Shown here one piece after another: positions 17,520 to 27,347 of a DNA stretch of 64,000 nt; positions within the stretch are counted from its first letter, which is position 1, and every line of letters starts with the position of its first letter. The stretch comes from Candidatus Amesbacteria bacterium (GTDB lineage: Bacteria; Patescibacteriota; Microgenomatia; CAZETR01; Amesbacteraceae), in assembly GCA_027371535.1 (NCBI GenBank), contig DAHXMV010000001.1, positions 32,879-96,878 on the forward strand. Reading direction: 5' to 3'. Position numbers and translations under genes: made by a program. Under the pieces are notes generated by a model. That model saw nothing but the letters and a program-made list of their open reading frames with translations. It searched no databases and was not told the DNA's origin.

Positions 17520-20393
17520 TTATATCAACCGGACCTTAATCTCATCGCCGGCGATTATTTCCTGAGCTAGAGTCCTGAATTTGAGCTCATCTATGAAATC
17601 GGCATCGGCGGGCAACGGGGCAGTCAGAATAATTTTCTGATCAAGCCTGGCTCCGGCGGTCTTGCGGGCTTCCTGAACCTGTCTGATTAATTCCCTTAAT
17701 TCCCCTTCAGCCTGAAGACGGGGGGTAATTTTAATATCAACGTCAATTCTGGTTTCACCATCCTGATTAATCCAATCAAGATGTTTCATATTTACCTCAT
17801 CCAGAATCAACCGGCAGACTGATTCAGAAACCTGTTTTTGAGAAGAATAAACCTGTAAAAGATCCAAGGGCTGACGGACTTTGATCTGATTGATTTTTCT
17901 GAAAGACAGAACCATCTCCACAATTTTTCTAGCGGCCCGCATTTCATTAACAAGATTCACTTCTTTATCAGTCAGGCGGCTTTTTTTTGGCCAGCTGCTC
18001 AAATGGACCGATTCCTCTCCCGTAAGATTTTTGAATATGGATTCAGTAATAAAAGGATTAAAAGGGGCCATAATCCGGCATAATACCACTAACACAGTAT
18101 AAAGGGTCTGATGGCAATCAAGCTTATCTGTTTGATTAATTGAAGCAGGACCCACCCTGTCCCGCGAACGGCGGATATACCACAGCGACAGATCGGAAAC
18201 AAAATCCTGAATGGATAAACTGGCCGAAGCTGCGTTATATTTATCCAAAGATCCGGATACAGTATTGATGGTTTCTTTTAATCTGGCAAGTATCCATTCG
18301 TCCAGAACATTCCGCTTCGACGAAGACTTTTGAGCCGGTTTGAAATCATCAATATTTGCATACGTGACAAAGAAATTGTAAATATTCCAGAGCATAAGGT
18401 GAAATTGGCGGCGGGTTTCGTCGGCTTTTTTGTAGCCGAAAAGCAGATTATTTTCCGGATTCTGAAGGGTGAACATCCAACGCATGACATCAGCACCGAT
18501 TTCATCCGCTCCCTCGGAAAATTCAATCATATTCCCGGCAGATTTGTGCATTACCTGGCCTTTTTCGTCCAAAAGGGACGCAAAACCCAGCACTGTATCG
18601 GCCGGATGCGACTTTTTCAAAACCGTACTCATGGCAATTAACGAATAAAACCAGTTTTTAAACTGGCCGGGAAAGGATTCGGTAATGAAATCAGCCGGGA
18701 ACCAGTCTGCGGGCAGAGTGGAAACTCCGACCACGCCGGCGTCCAGCCAGGGATTACCCACATCGGGAATCCGGGAGATAATTTCACCGCAGTTACGGCA
18801 TTTGATTTTGACTTCATCAATCCAGGGTTTGTGAGGAGTATTACCCGCGAATTTATCCCAGCCGGAAACAGCCCGGCTCTGCAGTTCCTCTTTACTGCCG
18901 ATAATTTCAAATTTGTGGCAGACCGGACACTCGTATATCGGAAGGGCCAGACCCCAGTAACGGTTCTTTTTGGAAATCAGCCAGTCATGCATATTTTTAA
19001 GCCAGTCCATTTCCCGCCCCCTGCCAAAACCGGGCAGCCATTTGATTTTGCCGGCATAGCGCATCATCTGTTTCCGGTAGGTAGCCTGCTTTATATCCGT
19101 GGGGTCGGGCTGATCCATGGAAATGTACCATTCATCGGCTACTTTCCAAACCAATTCGGAACGGCAACGCCAACAGGCCGGGTAACGGTGGGTGTAAGAA
19201 AGCAGCCGGAATAAATATTCCCCACCCCGGAAATTTTTAAGGTAGTCAATGATAATTTCAGGATGCTTTTTGGCATTTTGACCTGTAAATTGGCCAAAAC
19301 CATCGAGATAATCCGCACTGTCATTAATGGCCGGAATTACCGGTAACCCCAGCTTCTTTCCCAATTTATGATCTTCTTCACCGGTACTTGTGGAGGTATG
19401 GACCAACCCGGTCCCTTCTTCGACAGTAATGGGCATCAGCAAATTATCCGTGGCAATGGAGATATGAAAATTATCGGGGAATTTATCCAAAGCCGACCTG
19501 ATGATCGGTAAATCATCAAACGGAGACAGGTAGTGCAATCCTACCAACTTTTTTCCGGGCAGGGTTTTTTTAATTTCCGACCCGGGGGCCACGCGGTCCA
19601 GAGTGCCTTTGGCTATCCAAACCTGTTTACCGTTTTCCCAGTCGATTAAAACATAATCCAACTGTTGGTCGACTGCCACAGCAGTATTGGCTGGCAGAGT
19701 CCAGGGAGTGGTGGTCCAAATAAGCAAATATTCATTCGGCCGTTCTTTTATCGGTAACGCCAGAAATACGGAGTCATGGGTGAGTTCCTTGTAATCCTCG
19801 GTTAATATTTCGTGCTGGGATATGGCAGTTTCACACCGGGGACACCAGGGAACCACATCATGGCCTTTATAAATCCAGCCCCGCTGCCAGCATTCTTTCA
19901 AAAAACCCCATATGGCATAATTATTTTCATCAGACATGGTGTAATAAGAATTGTCCCAGTCCATGAAGTAGCCTAATCGCCGGCTTTGTCCGGTCTGAAT
20001 GGCCGAATATTTCCAGACCCGGTCTTTACATTTATTAACAAAATTAGCTACACCGTATGTTTCGATATCTTTTTTAGATTTAAATCCCAATTCTTTTTCC
20101 ACCTCAACTTCCACCCATAAACCCTGACAGTCAAATCCGTTCTGATAACGGCCGGCGTCTCCCTTCATTGTGTGATAACGCTGCCATAAATCTTTGTACG
20201 TCCGGCCCCAGGCATGATGAACACCCATGGGATTATTGGCTGTTATCGGGCCATCCAGAAAAGAAAAGCGTTTTTTTGAAGAATCATTTTTGTGAAGATA
20301 TTTCCGGATGACACCCGAGTCGTTCCACCATTTCAATATTTCTCTTTCCAAAGCCGGGAAATCTACCTGAGAGGAAACGGGTGAAAAAGCCAT
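17520..20393 (-). CDS. ileS: isoleucyl-tRNA synthetase (archaeal/eukaryote-like type)
   Basis: Class I aaRS: HIGH variant (PMGVHHAWGRT), KMSKS variant (VMHKSAGN), editing/CP1 region and Zn-knuckle-like CxxC pairs. The N-terminal pattern (FPALEREILKWW, GPITANN) fits IleRS better than Val/LeuRS. Assignment among Ile/Val is not certain. Confidence 0.75.
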   Translation of the reverse strand: MAFSPVSSQVDFPALEREILKWWNDSGVIRKYLHKNDSSKKRFSFLDGPITANNPMGVHHAWGRTYKDLWQRYHTMKGDAGRYQNGFDCQGLWVEVEVEKELGFKSKKDIETYGVANFVNKCKDRVWKYSAIQTGQSRRLGYFMDWDNSYYTMSDENNYAIWGFLKECWQRGWIYKGHDVVPWCPRCETAISQHEILTEDYKELTHDSVFLALPIKERPNEYLLIWTTTPWTLPANTAVAVDQQLDYVLIDWENGKQVWIAKGTLDRVAPGSEIKKTLPGKKLVGLHYLSPFDDLPIIRSALDKFPDNFHISIATDNLLMPITVEEGTGLVHTSTSTGEEDHKLGKKLGLPVIPAINDSADYLDGFGQFTGQNAKKHPEIIIDYLKNFRGGEYLFRLLSYTHRYPACWRCRSELVWKVADEWYISMDQPDPTDIKQATYRKQMMRYAGKIKWLPGFGRGREMDWLKNMHDWLISKKNRYWGLALPIYECPVCHKFEIIGSKEELQSRAVSGWDKFAGNTPHKPWIDEVKIKCRNCGEIISRIPDVGNPWLDAGVVGVSTLPADWFPADFITESFPGQFKNWFYSLIAMSTVLKKSHPADTVLGFASLLDEKGQVMHKSAGNMIEFSEGADEIGADVMRWMFTLQNPENNLLFGYKKADETRRQFHLMLWNIYNFFVTYANIDDFKPAQKSSSKRNVLDEWILARLKETINTVSGSLDKYNAASASLSIQDFVSDLSLWYIRRSRDRVGPASINQTDKLDCHQTLYTVLVVLCRIMAPFNPFITESIFKNLTGEESVHLSSWPKKSRLTDKEVNLVNEMRAARKIVEMVLSFRKINQIKVRQPLDLLQVYSSQKQVSESVCRLILDEVNMKHLDWINQDGETRIDVDIKITPRLQAEGELRELIRQVQEARKTAGARLDQKIILTAPLPADADFIDELKFRTLAQEIIAGDEIKVRLI

Positions 20394-20421
20394 GCAATTA
20401 TTTTACAACAAAATCAGCTAA

Positions 20422-21651
20422 TCACCTGCCCTGGCGCAGGAATGCGGGGATGTCCCAGTCATCTTCTTCAGAGGTGGCCGCAGGTTCAGTAGGTGATGAC
20501 ACTGCAGGAGGAGGATTTTGGTCGGCCGGGACAGCCGGTTGGACAGATGAGGGCTGAGTTGCGGGTTCTTCAGTCTGGCGGGTGGCAGAAATAGGCCGGC
20601 CGCTTCTGGGTTTTTCGCTTATGATACCGACTGAAATCTGATCTCCGGTATGGACCGGGCGGTTTCTGGTCATCATGCTGGCCAGCCGGGAACGGGTCTC
20701 ATCAAATCCTGTAGCTATGACCGTAATTTTCATCTGGTCAACCAGCTTATCATTGATGGCAGCTCCGAAAATAATATTAGCATCGGCATCGGCGGCCTCG
20801 GAAATAATCCTGGCAGCTTCATCAACCTCGATCATGGTCATGTCAGGACCACCGACAATGTTGAATAAGACCCCTTTGGCCCCTTCAATGGAAACTTCCA
20901 AGAGCGGCGAGGAGACTGCGGCTCTAGCCGCCATTTGGGACCTGTTTTCCCCAACCCCGGTACCGATTCCCATCAAGGCTGAACCGGCATCATTCATAAT
21001 GGCTTTGACATCCGCAAAATCGACATTTATCAGGCCCGGCATAGTAATGATGTCGGAAATACCCTGCACACCCTGAGTAAGGACGGAGTCGGCTACCCGG
21101 AAAGCCTCCAAAAGAGTCATTTTCCGGTCCACCACATCCATTAAGCGCTGGTTGGGAATCACAATCAGGGTGTCAACTTTTTCCTTAAGTTTATTGATTC
21201 CGTCCTCCGCATTAACCATCCGCCGGGCGCCTTCAAAAGCAAATGGCTTGGTGACTATTGCCACTGTCAGGGCCCCGATTTCTTTGGCGACTTCGGCAAT
21301 GATCGGGGCAGCCCCGGTGCCCGTTCCCCCACCCATTCCGGCAGTGATAAAAACCATATCCGAATCCACCAGAAATTCCTTTATTTTCTCCCGTGATTCT
21401 TCCGCGGCCTGAGAACCAATTTCCGGATTGCCGCCGGATCCCAAACCTTTAGTCAGATTTTCACCAATCTGTAATTTGCTCTCCGCCAGATTGGTCAATA
21501 ACACCTGGGCATCGGTATTGACCGCAATAAAATCCACTCCGTTTATAGCCCCAACGCTGATCATGGAATTTAAAGCATTACCACCACCACCACCCACTCC
21601 AATCACTTTTATTCTGGCTAAACGACCGACATCTGGTTTAACAAGCGCCAC
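20422..21651 (-). CDS. ftsZ: cell division GTPase FtsZ
   Basis: Tubulin signature GGGTGTG with N-terminal [12 protein letters not shown]-terminal peptide [10 protein letters not shown] is a typical FtsA/ZipA-binding tail. Confidence 0.95.
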   Translation of the reverse strand: MALVKPDVGRLARIKVIGVGGGGGNALNSMISVGAINGVDFIAVNTDAQVLLTNLAESKLQIGENLTKGLGSGGNPEIGSQAAEESREKIKEFLVDSDMVFITAGMGGGTGTGAAPIIAEVAKEIGALTVAIVTKPFAFEGARRMVNAEDGINKLKEKVDTLIVIPNQRLMDVVDRKMTLLEAFRVADSVLTQGVQGISDIITMPGLINVDFADVKAIMNDAGSALMGIGTGVGENRSQMAARAAVSSPLLEVSIEGAKGVLFNIVGGPDMTMIEVDEAARIISEAADADANIIFGAAINDKLVDQMKITVIATGFDETRSRLASMMTRNRPVHTGDQISVGIISEKPRSGRPISATRQTEEPATQPSSVQPAVPADQNPPPAVSSPTEPAATSEEDDWDIPAFLRQGR

Positions 21652-21750
21652 GGTTTTTGACAGTTAAATATTATTCTAACTTCGAGGCAGGTCCCAACAT
21701 AACAGATAATCTCGGGCGAAGCAAGTTGGTCTTTATTCTACCAATGTAAT

Positions 21751-23019
21751 TCAAGGTAGTAAAGACTTAATCCAACCACCGACTTTACCTATAAATCCCT
21801 TTCCGGAAATTTTATCCATTCCGGGCAATGAAGGCAAACTGATCCCCGTACCCATATTCTGACCATCGTCGAACAGATTTTTAGCATTTTTGATTAAACC
21901 CACCGAAACGGCAAAGGAGGGATTATCAATTTCATCTACCAATCCGGACAAATCAGTCGGAACGCCGATCCTGACAGTACTACCCATAATGCGTTTGGCA
22001 GAATCAATCAATCCGACGGTCAAAGCGCCCCCCCCGGTGATTACCAAACCTGACGGGGTAAGACCTGCCAGACCACTTTTTTTCAGTTCACCGGCTACCA
22101 GCTGGAACATTTCGTTCAGGCGGGGACGGATAATACCCTCTACCAGGGTTTTTCGGGAAATGGTTTTTAATTCCTCAGGTAAATTGAGACCGGAAATATC
22201 AATTTCATCCTCCCTGGATTTATCTTTGCCCATAAACATTTTTAAAGCTTCGGCACTTTCCAAAGAGACTCTTAAACCGGCAGCCAAATCTTTGGTAACA
22301 TTGGCAGCACCCACCGGAATTACATGCGAATAAGACAAAGCCCCTTCGACGTAGATGGCCAGACTCATAGTACCCCCGCCAATATCCACTAAAATTACCC
22401 CCAATTCCCTTTCGGTGTCAGAGAGAACCGCTTCACCGGCTGCCAACCCGGAAAAAACCAATCCGGAGACATCACAACCGATTTCACTGACACATTTGGT
22501 CAGGTTCCTGATTACCGGAGCCGAACCGGTAATGATGTGGGTATCTACTTCCAGGCGAACCCCGGTCATACCTACGGGATCTTTGACGCCCTCCTGATTA
22601 TCAACGGTGTATTCCCGCGGCAGGACATGTATAATTTCCGAAGAAACCGGTAAAGATACGGCCCGGGCCGCCTCCAAAACGCGACGGCTGTCTTCGGCTG
22701 TAATTTCGCCCTGAGGCTGGGCAACAGCAACAACACCATGACTGTTTTGAGAACTGATATGCGCACCACCGACGGAAACCCAGGCCTTGGAAATGTTGTA
22801 GCCAGCCATCCTTTCGGCAGCTTCCACAGCTTCATTAATTGACGTGACGGCCTCTTCAATATTCACAATCTGACCTTTTCTGACACCCTTGGATTTGGCC
22901 GAAGCTGCTCCGACGATATGGATTTTTGAGGTTGATTCGTCGTCACGATATTGGGCAATCAGGACGGCTGTTTTGGAACTGCCAATGTCTATACTAGAAA
23001 TTACTTTGCTCTTGGCCAT
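21751..23019 (-). CDS. ftsA: cell division protein FtsA
   Basis: Actin-fold ATPase: SIDIGSSKTAVLIAQ, then DIGGGTM and ITGGGA motifs. Confidence 0.9.
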   Translation of the reverse strand: MAKSKVISSIDIGSSKTAVLIAQYRDDESTSKIHIVGAASAKSKGVRKGQIVNIEEAVTSINEAVEAAERMAGYNISKAWVSVGGAHISSQNSHGVVAVAQPQGEITAEDSRRVLEAARAVSLPVSSEIIHVLPREYTVDNQEGVKDPVGMTGVRLEVDTHIITGSAPVIRNLTKCVSEIGCDVSGLVFSGLAAGEAVLSDTERELGVILVDIGGGTMSLAIYVEGALSYSHVIPVGAANVTKDLAAGLRVSLESAEALKMFMGKDKSREDEIDISGLNLPEELKTISRKTLVEGIIRPRLNEMFQLVAGELKKSGLAGLTPSGLVITGGGALTVGLIDSAKRIMGSTVRIGVPTDLSGLVDEIDNPSFAVSVGLIKNAKNLFDDGQNMGTGISLPSLPGMDKISGKGFIGKVGGWIKSLLP

Positions 23020-23028
23020 TATGTATTT

Positions 23029-23745
23029 TTAAAAAGTGACGATAGGACTGTTAAATCTAAGATCGATAACCTTCGGCATTTTCGATTGTATTTTACTTCT
23101 GGTTAAAATGACTTGTAAAGTAGTATACCAGTTTGATGTCATTTGAGACAGATCCAGAAGAACGGTCACGTTTTGGGGAAAAAAAACTGACAAAATATGG
23201 TTATCTATTTTCCCGATTAACCGGTTATCCGGTAAGCCGCTCATCTGGTCCAGAATTTTAATGGCATTTATCTGGTCGGCATTTAAGACAGATCCGGGTT
23301 TTACGAGATCGGAAAATAAAAGCAGCGGCAAACCCGGATTTTCAGACTGATATAAAATAACTCCTTCATCATCAGCGGCAACATGAGCTCCTAAAACCCG
23401 GGGGCCGATCAGAACCGCCGGCTTTCTGATTTCCAGGCTTAAGACCAGAGTCCGGGGTAAACGCCGGTATAGATGAATTGTTTTAATCTCCGGAAACTGC
23501 CTGAGATCATTTTCCACCTCCTTTTGCGGCAGGGATTTTAAAAGGGGGGTATTTAATAGCCATTTTACCGAACCGATAATCCGGGGCGGACAAGAGCCAT
23601 ATTGGGTATAACATTCCAAATTCCGGGCGTAAAAAACCAAATTGGATTTAGACCATAAAAACCAGGTAAAAAATATCAAAATCAAAAACCTGCCGATTTT
23701 GAAGATAATTTTACTTTTTCTGTTGGAATACCGATGCGAATTCAT
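23029..23745 (-). CDS. ftsQ: FtsQ/DivIB-like cell division protein
   Basis: Single N-terminal TM helix followed by a POTRA-like domain. Position between murG and ftsA matches ftsQ in dcw clusters. Confidence 0.6.
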   Translation of the reverse strand: MNSHRYSNRKSKIIFKIGRFLILIFFTWFLWSKSNLVFYARNLECYTQYGSCPPRIIGSVKWLLNTPLLKSLPQKEVENDLRQFPEIKTIHLYRRLPRTLVLSLEIRKPAVLIGPRVLGAHVAADDEGVILYQSENPGLPLLLFSDLVKPGSVLNADQINAIKILDQMSGLPDNRLIGKIDNHILSVFFPQNVTVLLDLSQMTSNWYTTLQVILTRSKIQSKMPKVIDLRFNSPIVTF

Positions 23746-23748
23746 AAT

Positions 23749-24858
23749 TTATGCAAATGTTTGTTCAATTAATTGAAGCATGTTTTCCATTCCGTTCAGG
23801 TTCAGATGCATGGCCTCTGGTTTGAGTTGTTTGGCAGATGTTATGGCCTGCAGCAAGTTGCTCCCGGTAAGCTGTGATTGAGGTAAAATCACTGCCTGAT
23901 GATTTTGTACCAATAACCGGGCATTTTTGTTTTGCTCATCATGTGAAGACCAGGGAATGGGAATCAAAACACATTTACAACCAAACAGGGCCAATTCATG
24001 GATAATATGCGCGCCCGACCGGCTGACCACAACGTCGGCTTCAGTTAAAACCCCGGCCACCAGGGAAGAATCAAGATAATTATAAATCTGATAAGATGAT
24101 TTAAGATTGTCCGGTAATAATTTTTGCAGTCTGATGGCCTCCTGATAATCATTAAAGGCCGATGAAGACCCGGTCTGGTGAATGACAGTATAAATTCTGA
24201 GTAATTCGGTCAATACTGAGAAGACAGCTAAATTAATGACGTGAGAGCCCTGTTTACCTCCGGTGATATAGATCCTGGCCGGAATAATATGTCCGGCGTT
24301 TTTTGATTTTAAATTCTTAATTATCTCCGGGCGAATCGGCAAGCCGGTTACTACTGATTTTCGCCGGGGATAGTGATTTTGGCTTTGGGACCAGGTAAGG
24401 GCAATTTTTTTGGCAAATAAAGCAATAAATCTGTTGGCCCAACCGGCGGTTACGGTTTGTTCGTGAGCTATCACAGGTATCCCGAGAAGCCATCCGGAAA
24501 ATACAACCGGGACTCCCAGATAACCGCCAAAAGTGACTATACCTTTTAACCCCGTCCGGTATTTAATTTTCAGTCGTAACAGATAAATAAATGCCGATAT
24601 AAATCCGACAGGCAAACGGAAAAGTTTTAAGGGATGGTAGGTATGGTAAATTTTTCCGGCCTTAAGATCATAAAAATCTATATCTGCTGCCCTGACTTCC
24701 CTGAATTCAGCCGAGACTGATTTATCCTGCCATTGACTGAATTTGTGACCAATCCAAAAAATTCGCCAGCCGTCTGATTGTAATTTCTGAGCCAGGGCCA
24801 AAGCACTGGTGTGATGTCCGCCGGTAAAAACCAGGCAACGGGTGGGGTTATTGTTCAT
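23749..24858 (-). CDS. murG: UDP-GlcNAc:lipid I GlcNAc transferase MurG
   Basis: GT28: N-terminal LVFTGGHHTSALALAQ, C-terminal GAHIIHELALFG. Confidence 0.85.
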   Translation of the reverse strand: MNNNPTRCLVFTGGHHTSALALAQKLQSDGWRIFWIGHKFSQWQDKSVSAEFREVRAADIDFYDLKAGKIYHTYHPLKLFRLPVGFISAFIYLLRLKIKYRTGLKGIVTFGGYLGVPVVFSGWLLGIPVIAHEQTVTAGWANRFIALFAKKIALTWSQSQNHYPRRKSVVTGLPIRPEIIKNLKSKNAGHIIPARIYITGGKQGSHVINLAVFSVLTELLRIYTVIHQTGSSSAFNDYQEAIRLQKLLPDNLKSSYQIYNYLDSSLVAGVLTEADVVVSRSGAHIIHELALFGCKCVLIPIPWSSHDEQNKNARLLVQNHQAVILPQSQLTGSNLLQAITSAKQLKPEAMHLNLNGMENMLQLIEQTFA

Positions 24859-25915
24859 AACTTCTGGCTATATTTACCAGTATACCGGTTGCCACCAACA
24901 TTATCAGTAAAGAAGAACCGCCATAAGAAATGTAGGTCAACGGTATACCGGTTAAGGGAAATAGAGCGGTAATGGCTGAAATATTTATAAAGGCCTGAAT
25001 CCCGATCATCGAGGTCAGACAGACTGCCAGATTCTGAGAAAATCCCATAGCTGCTTCCCCGGCGGAGTTAAAACCGCGTAATATCAGAATTAAAAAGGCT
25101 AATAACAAGGCGGATGAACCTACCAAACCCAATTCTTCACCGATAATTGCAAAAATGGAATCAGTGGTAGCTTCCGGCAGAAAATTATATTTCTGACGGG
25201 ACTGGCCCAGTCCCAGACCAAACAGATTGCCTGAACCCAAAGCAATTAAGGCCTGGTGAATCTGGTAAGAAGACCCCAGAGGATCCTTCCTGGTATTAAA
25301 ATAAGATTCTAAACGACTGAGACGGTACGGAGAGACAATAACCATTAACATGACTGCCAACAAGCCGAGTACGGAAAAACCGGCCAAATACCGGATACGA
25401 CCTCCGCTGCCAAAATAAGTTAAAAACCCCATGCCAATAATGACCAGGGTCGTACCTAAATCCGGTTCCAATACAATCAAGAGACTGACCAAGCCCAAAG
25501 TGAAAAAGAACGGCAAATATTTTTTTTTCGTACTTAATAAAGTCGAAAAGTAGATGGCCATGGTTAATTTCGCCAATTCGCTGGGCTGAAGTAAAAAAAA
25601 TCCCAGATTAATCCAGCGGCGGGCCCCCTGGAGCTTCACCCCGATACCGGGTATTAATACCAATAGCAAGAGAAATACCGTAACGACAAAAAATGGAAAG
25701 GCATACTTTTTAAATATCTGGTGATTTATCCTGCTGAACAGGAAAAACAGTCCCAAACCCAGGATGGCCCATATACTCTGGAGTTTGAGATAATACCATT
25801 TATCCCCGAAATCCCTGGCAGCATCGACCACTGAAGCGCTGTCGATCATGATCAGGCCAAAAAAAGTCAGTCCTATTGTAATCAGAGTTAAAGTCCGGGA
25901 ATTGGGCATAACCAT
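24848..25915 (-). CDS. ftsW: SEDS protein FtsW (lipid II flippase/polymerase)
   Basis: SEDS motifs (GSGNLFGLGLGQSRQKYNFLPEATTDSIFAIIGEELG). Start chosen at MVMPN so the gene does not overlap the mraY stop. Lies in the dcw cluster between mraY and murG. Confidence 0.85.
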   Translation of the reverse strand: MVMPNSRTLTLITIGLTFFGLIMIDSASVVDAARDFGDKWYYLKLQSIWAILGLGLFFLFSRINHQIFKKYAFPFFVVTVFLLLLVLIPGIGVKLQGARRWINLGFFLLQPSELAKLTMAIYFSTLLSTKKKYLPFFFTLGLVSLLIVLEPDLGTTLVIIGMGFLTYFGSGGRIRYLAGFSVLGLLAVMLMVIVSPYRLSRLESYFNTRKDPLGSSYQIHQALIALGSGNLFGLGLGQSRQKYNFLPEATTDSIFAIIGEELGLVGSSALLLAFLILILRGFNSAGEAAMGFSQNLAVCLTSMIGIQAFINISAITALFPLTGIPLTYISYGGSSLLIMLVATGILVNIARSYEQ

Positions 25916-25919
25916 ATGA

Positions 25920-26969
25920 TCAGAAATTGGCAAACCACAAGCCAAGCATGGCAGTAAAAATTGCCAAAAGCCAAAGACGCATCACAATTTTCGGTTCGGG
26001 CCAGCCATGGTTTTCCAGCCAGTAATGTACCGGGGTGACGGAAAATAACTTCCGCCCAGTCACCCTGAGAAAGAGAATTTGCAGAATTTGAGAACCGCCT
26101 TCCAGCAAAAATACCGTTCCGACGATCAACAAAGGAAAAGATTTACCCAATATCAGGGCGATGACTGCCAAAGTAGCCCCAAAAGACAAACTGCCGGCGT
26201 TACCAAGCCAGATCCTGGCCGGGAAGACATTGAAATAAAGAAATGCGAGTAAACCGCCGATCCAAAGAGCAATAAAAACCGACAGAACCGTATCCAGCGC
26301 TGCCAGCGACAAGCCCCAAAAAGCCAGTAAACCAAAAAGCAAAACGCCTGTAGCCAGTCCATCCAGACCGTCCGTAATATCGTATGATTTACAAAATACG
26401 GAAACGATAATAGCGGCCAGAGGAATATAAGTCCAACCCAATTTAATGACACCAAATCCCGGAATATGCACCAGACTGATACCAACATTGAAGTACAATA
26501 TCGAAGCTACAACTACGGACAATATAAATATAAAAACAGTTTTACTGCCCGGCCAGACTGAAACCCGGCTGGTCTTTTTCGGCAGATTAAATATTTTCTT
26601 TATGTCGTCATATAAACCCAGCAGCCCAAAGGCAATAAAAGTGAAAAACAGCAGGTTTAATTCTTCTTTAAAATCAAATACGCTGGTAATAGTAATACCC
26701 AGCTTTCCCAAATAACCGTACAGCACCAGATAAAGAAACGACACCAGAAATATCAGCAGAATTCCACCACCTATAGGAGTACCGATTTTCCAACTTTGAT
26801 TTTGATTAATAACCTGAAACTCCTGACTTTCCTGAGGAGTCAGGGCCGGGATGGGCCGATGATAAGTCAGGTGAAGCTTATACAGGAGATCGATAAACGG
26901 AACGGTGGCGATGCTGGTAACAATAAAGGAGAAAATCAGGATACCAAGATATAAAGCAAGAGGATTCAT
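25920..26969 (-). CDS. mraY: phospho-N-acetylmuramoyl-pentapeptide transferase MraY
   Basis: Ten TM helices with GLDGLA and GLYDDI motifs. dcw context. Confidence 0.9.
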   Translation of the reverse strand: MNPLALYLGILIFSFIVTSIATVPFIDLLYKLHLTYHRPIPALTPQESQEFQVINQNQSWKIGTPIGGGILLIFLVSFLYLVLYGYLGKLGITITSVFDFKEELNLLFFTFIAFGLLGLYDDIKKIFNLPKKTSRVSVWPGSKTVFIFILSVVVASILYFNVGISLVHIPGFGVIKLGWTYIPLAAIIVSVFCKSYDITDGLDGLATGVLLFGLLAFWGLSLAALDTVLSVFIALWIGGLLAFLYFNVFPARIWLGNAGSLSFGATLAVIALILGKSFPLLIVGTVFLLEGGSQILQILFLRVTGRKLFSVTPVHYWLENHGWPEPKIVMRLWLLAIFTAMLGLWFANF

Positions 26970-26973
26970 GACT

Positions 26974-27324
26974 TTAAGGAAAAAGCCTGGGGAGAAAAAT
27001 CACGGCGGCGATTAAAACGGAAAAAACTGAAAATACCAACATCGCACCGGCCGAGGTGTCCTTGGCAAATTTAGCCAACAGGTTATATTCCTGCGTAAGC
27101 AGATCAACGGTAAATTCGATGGCTGTATTGATAAGTTCGATAGCCAGACCGGTGGCAATAACAAATAAAATCACCGCCCATTCCAATCCGGATATATGAA
27201 GCAGAAACCCCAGAATTACCGGAATTGATGATAAAACGAGATGTATTTTAAAATTCGGCTGGGTTCTGAAACCGGTGATAATTCCGTCCCAGGCGTGCCG
27301 GAAAGAAATATGGTGTTTTTTCAT
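26974..27324 (-). CDS. diacylglycerol/undecaprenol kinase family (DgkA-like) small membrane protein
   Basis: MKKHHISFRHAWDGI ... ELINTAIEFTVD matches the prokaryotic DAGK fold. Start moved to MKKHH (27322-27324). Confidence 0.7.
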   Translation of the reverse strand: MKKHHISFRHAWDGIITGFRTQPNFKIHLVLSSIPVILGFLLHISGLEWAVILFVIATGLAIELINTAIEFTVDLLTQEYNLLAKFAKDTSAGAMLVFSVFSVLIAAVIFLPRLFP

Positions 27325-27347
27325 AACGGGAACTATATAATTATATA

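Noticed and set aside
21652-21750. Putative ftsZ promoter (TTGAAT ... GAATAA) in the ftsA-ftsZ gap
   Set aside because: Hexamer matches and spacing are poor. Not reportable without transcription start site data.
21890-22859. Antisense ORFs of 80-147 aa inside ftsA (21890-22333 +, 22355-22597 +, 22572-22859 -)
   Set aside because: They overlap a strongly supported gene entirely. They have no motif and a low-complexity Pro/Ser/Thr-rich composition typical of out-of-frame translation of a GC-moderate gene.
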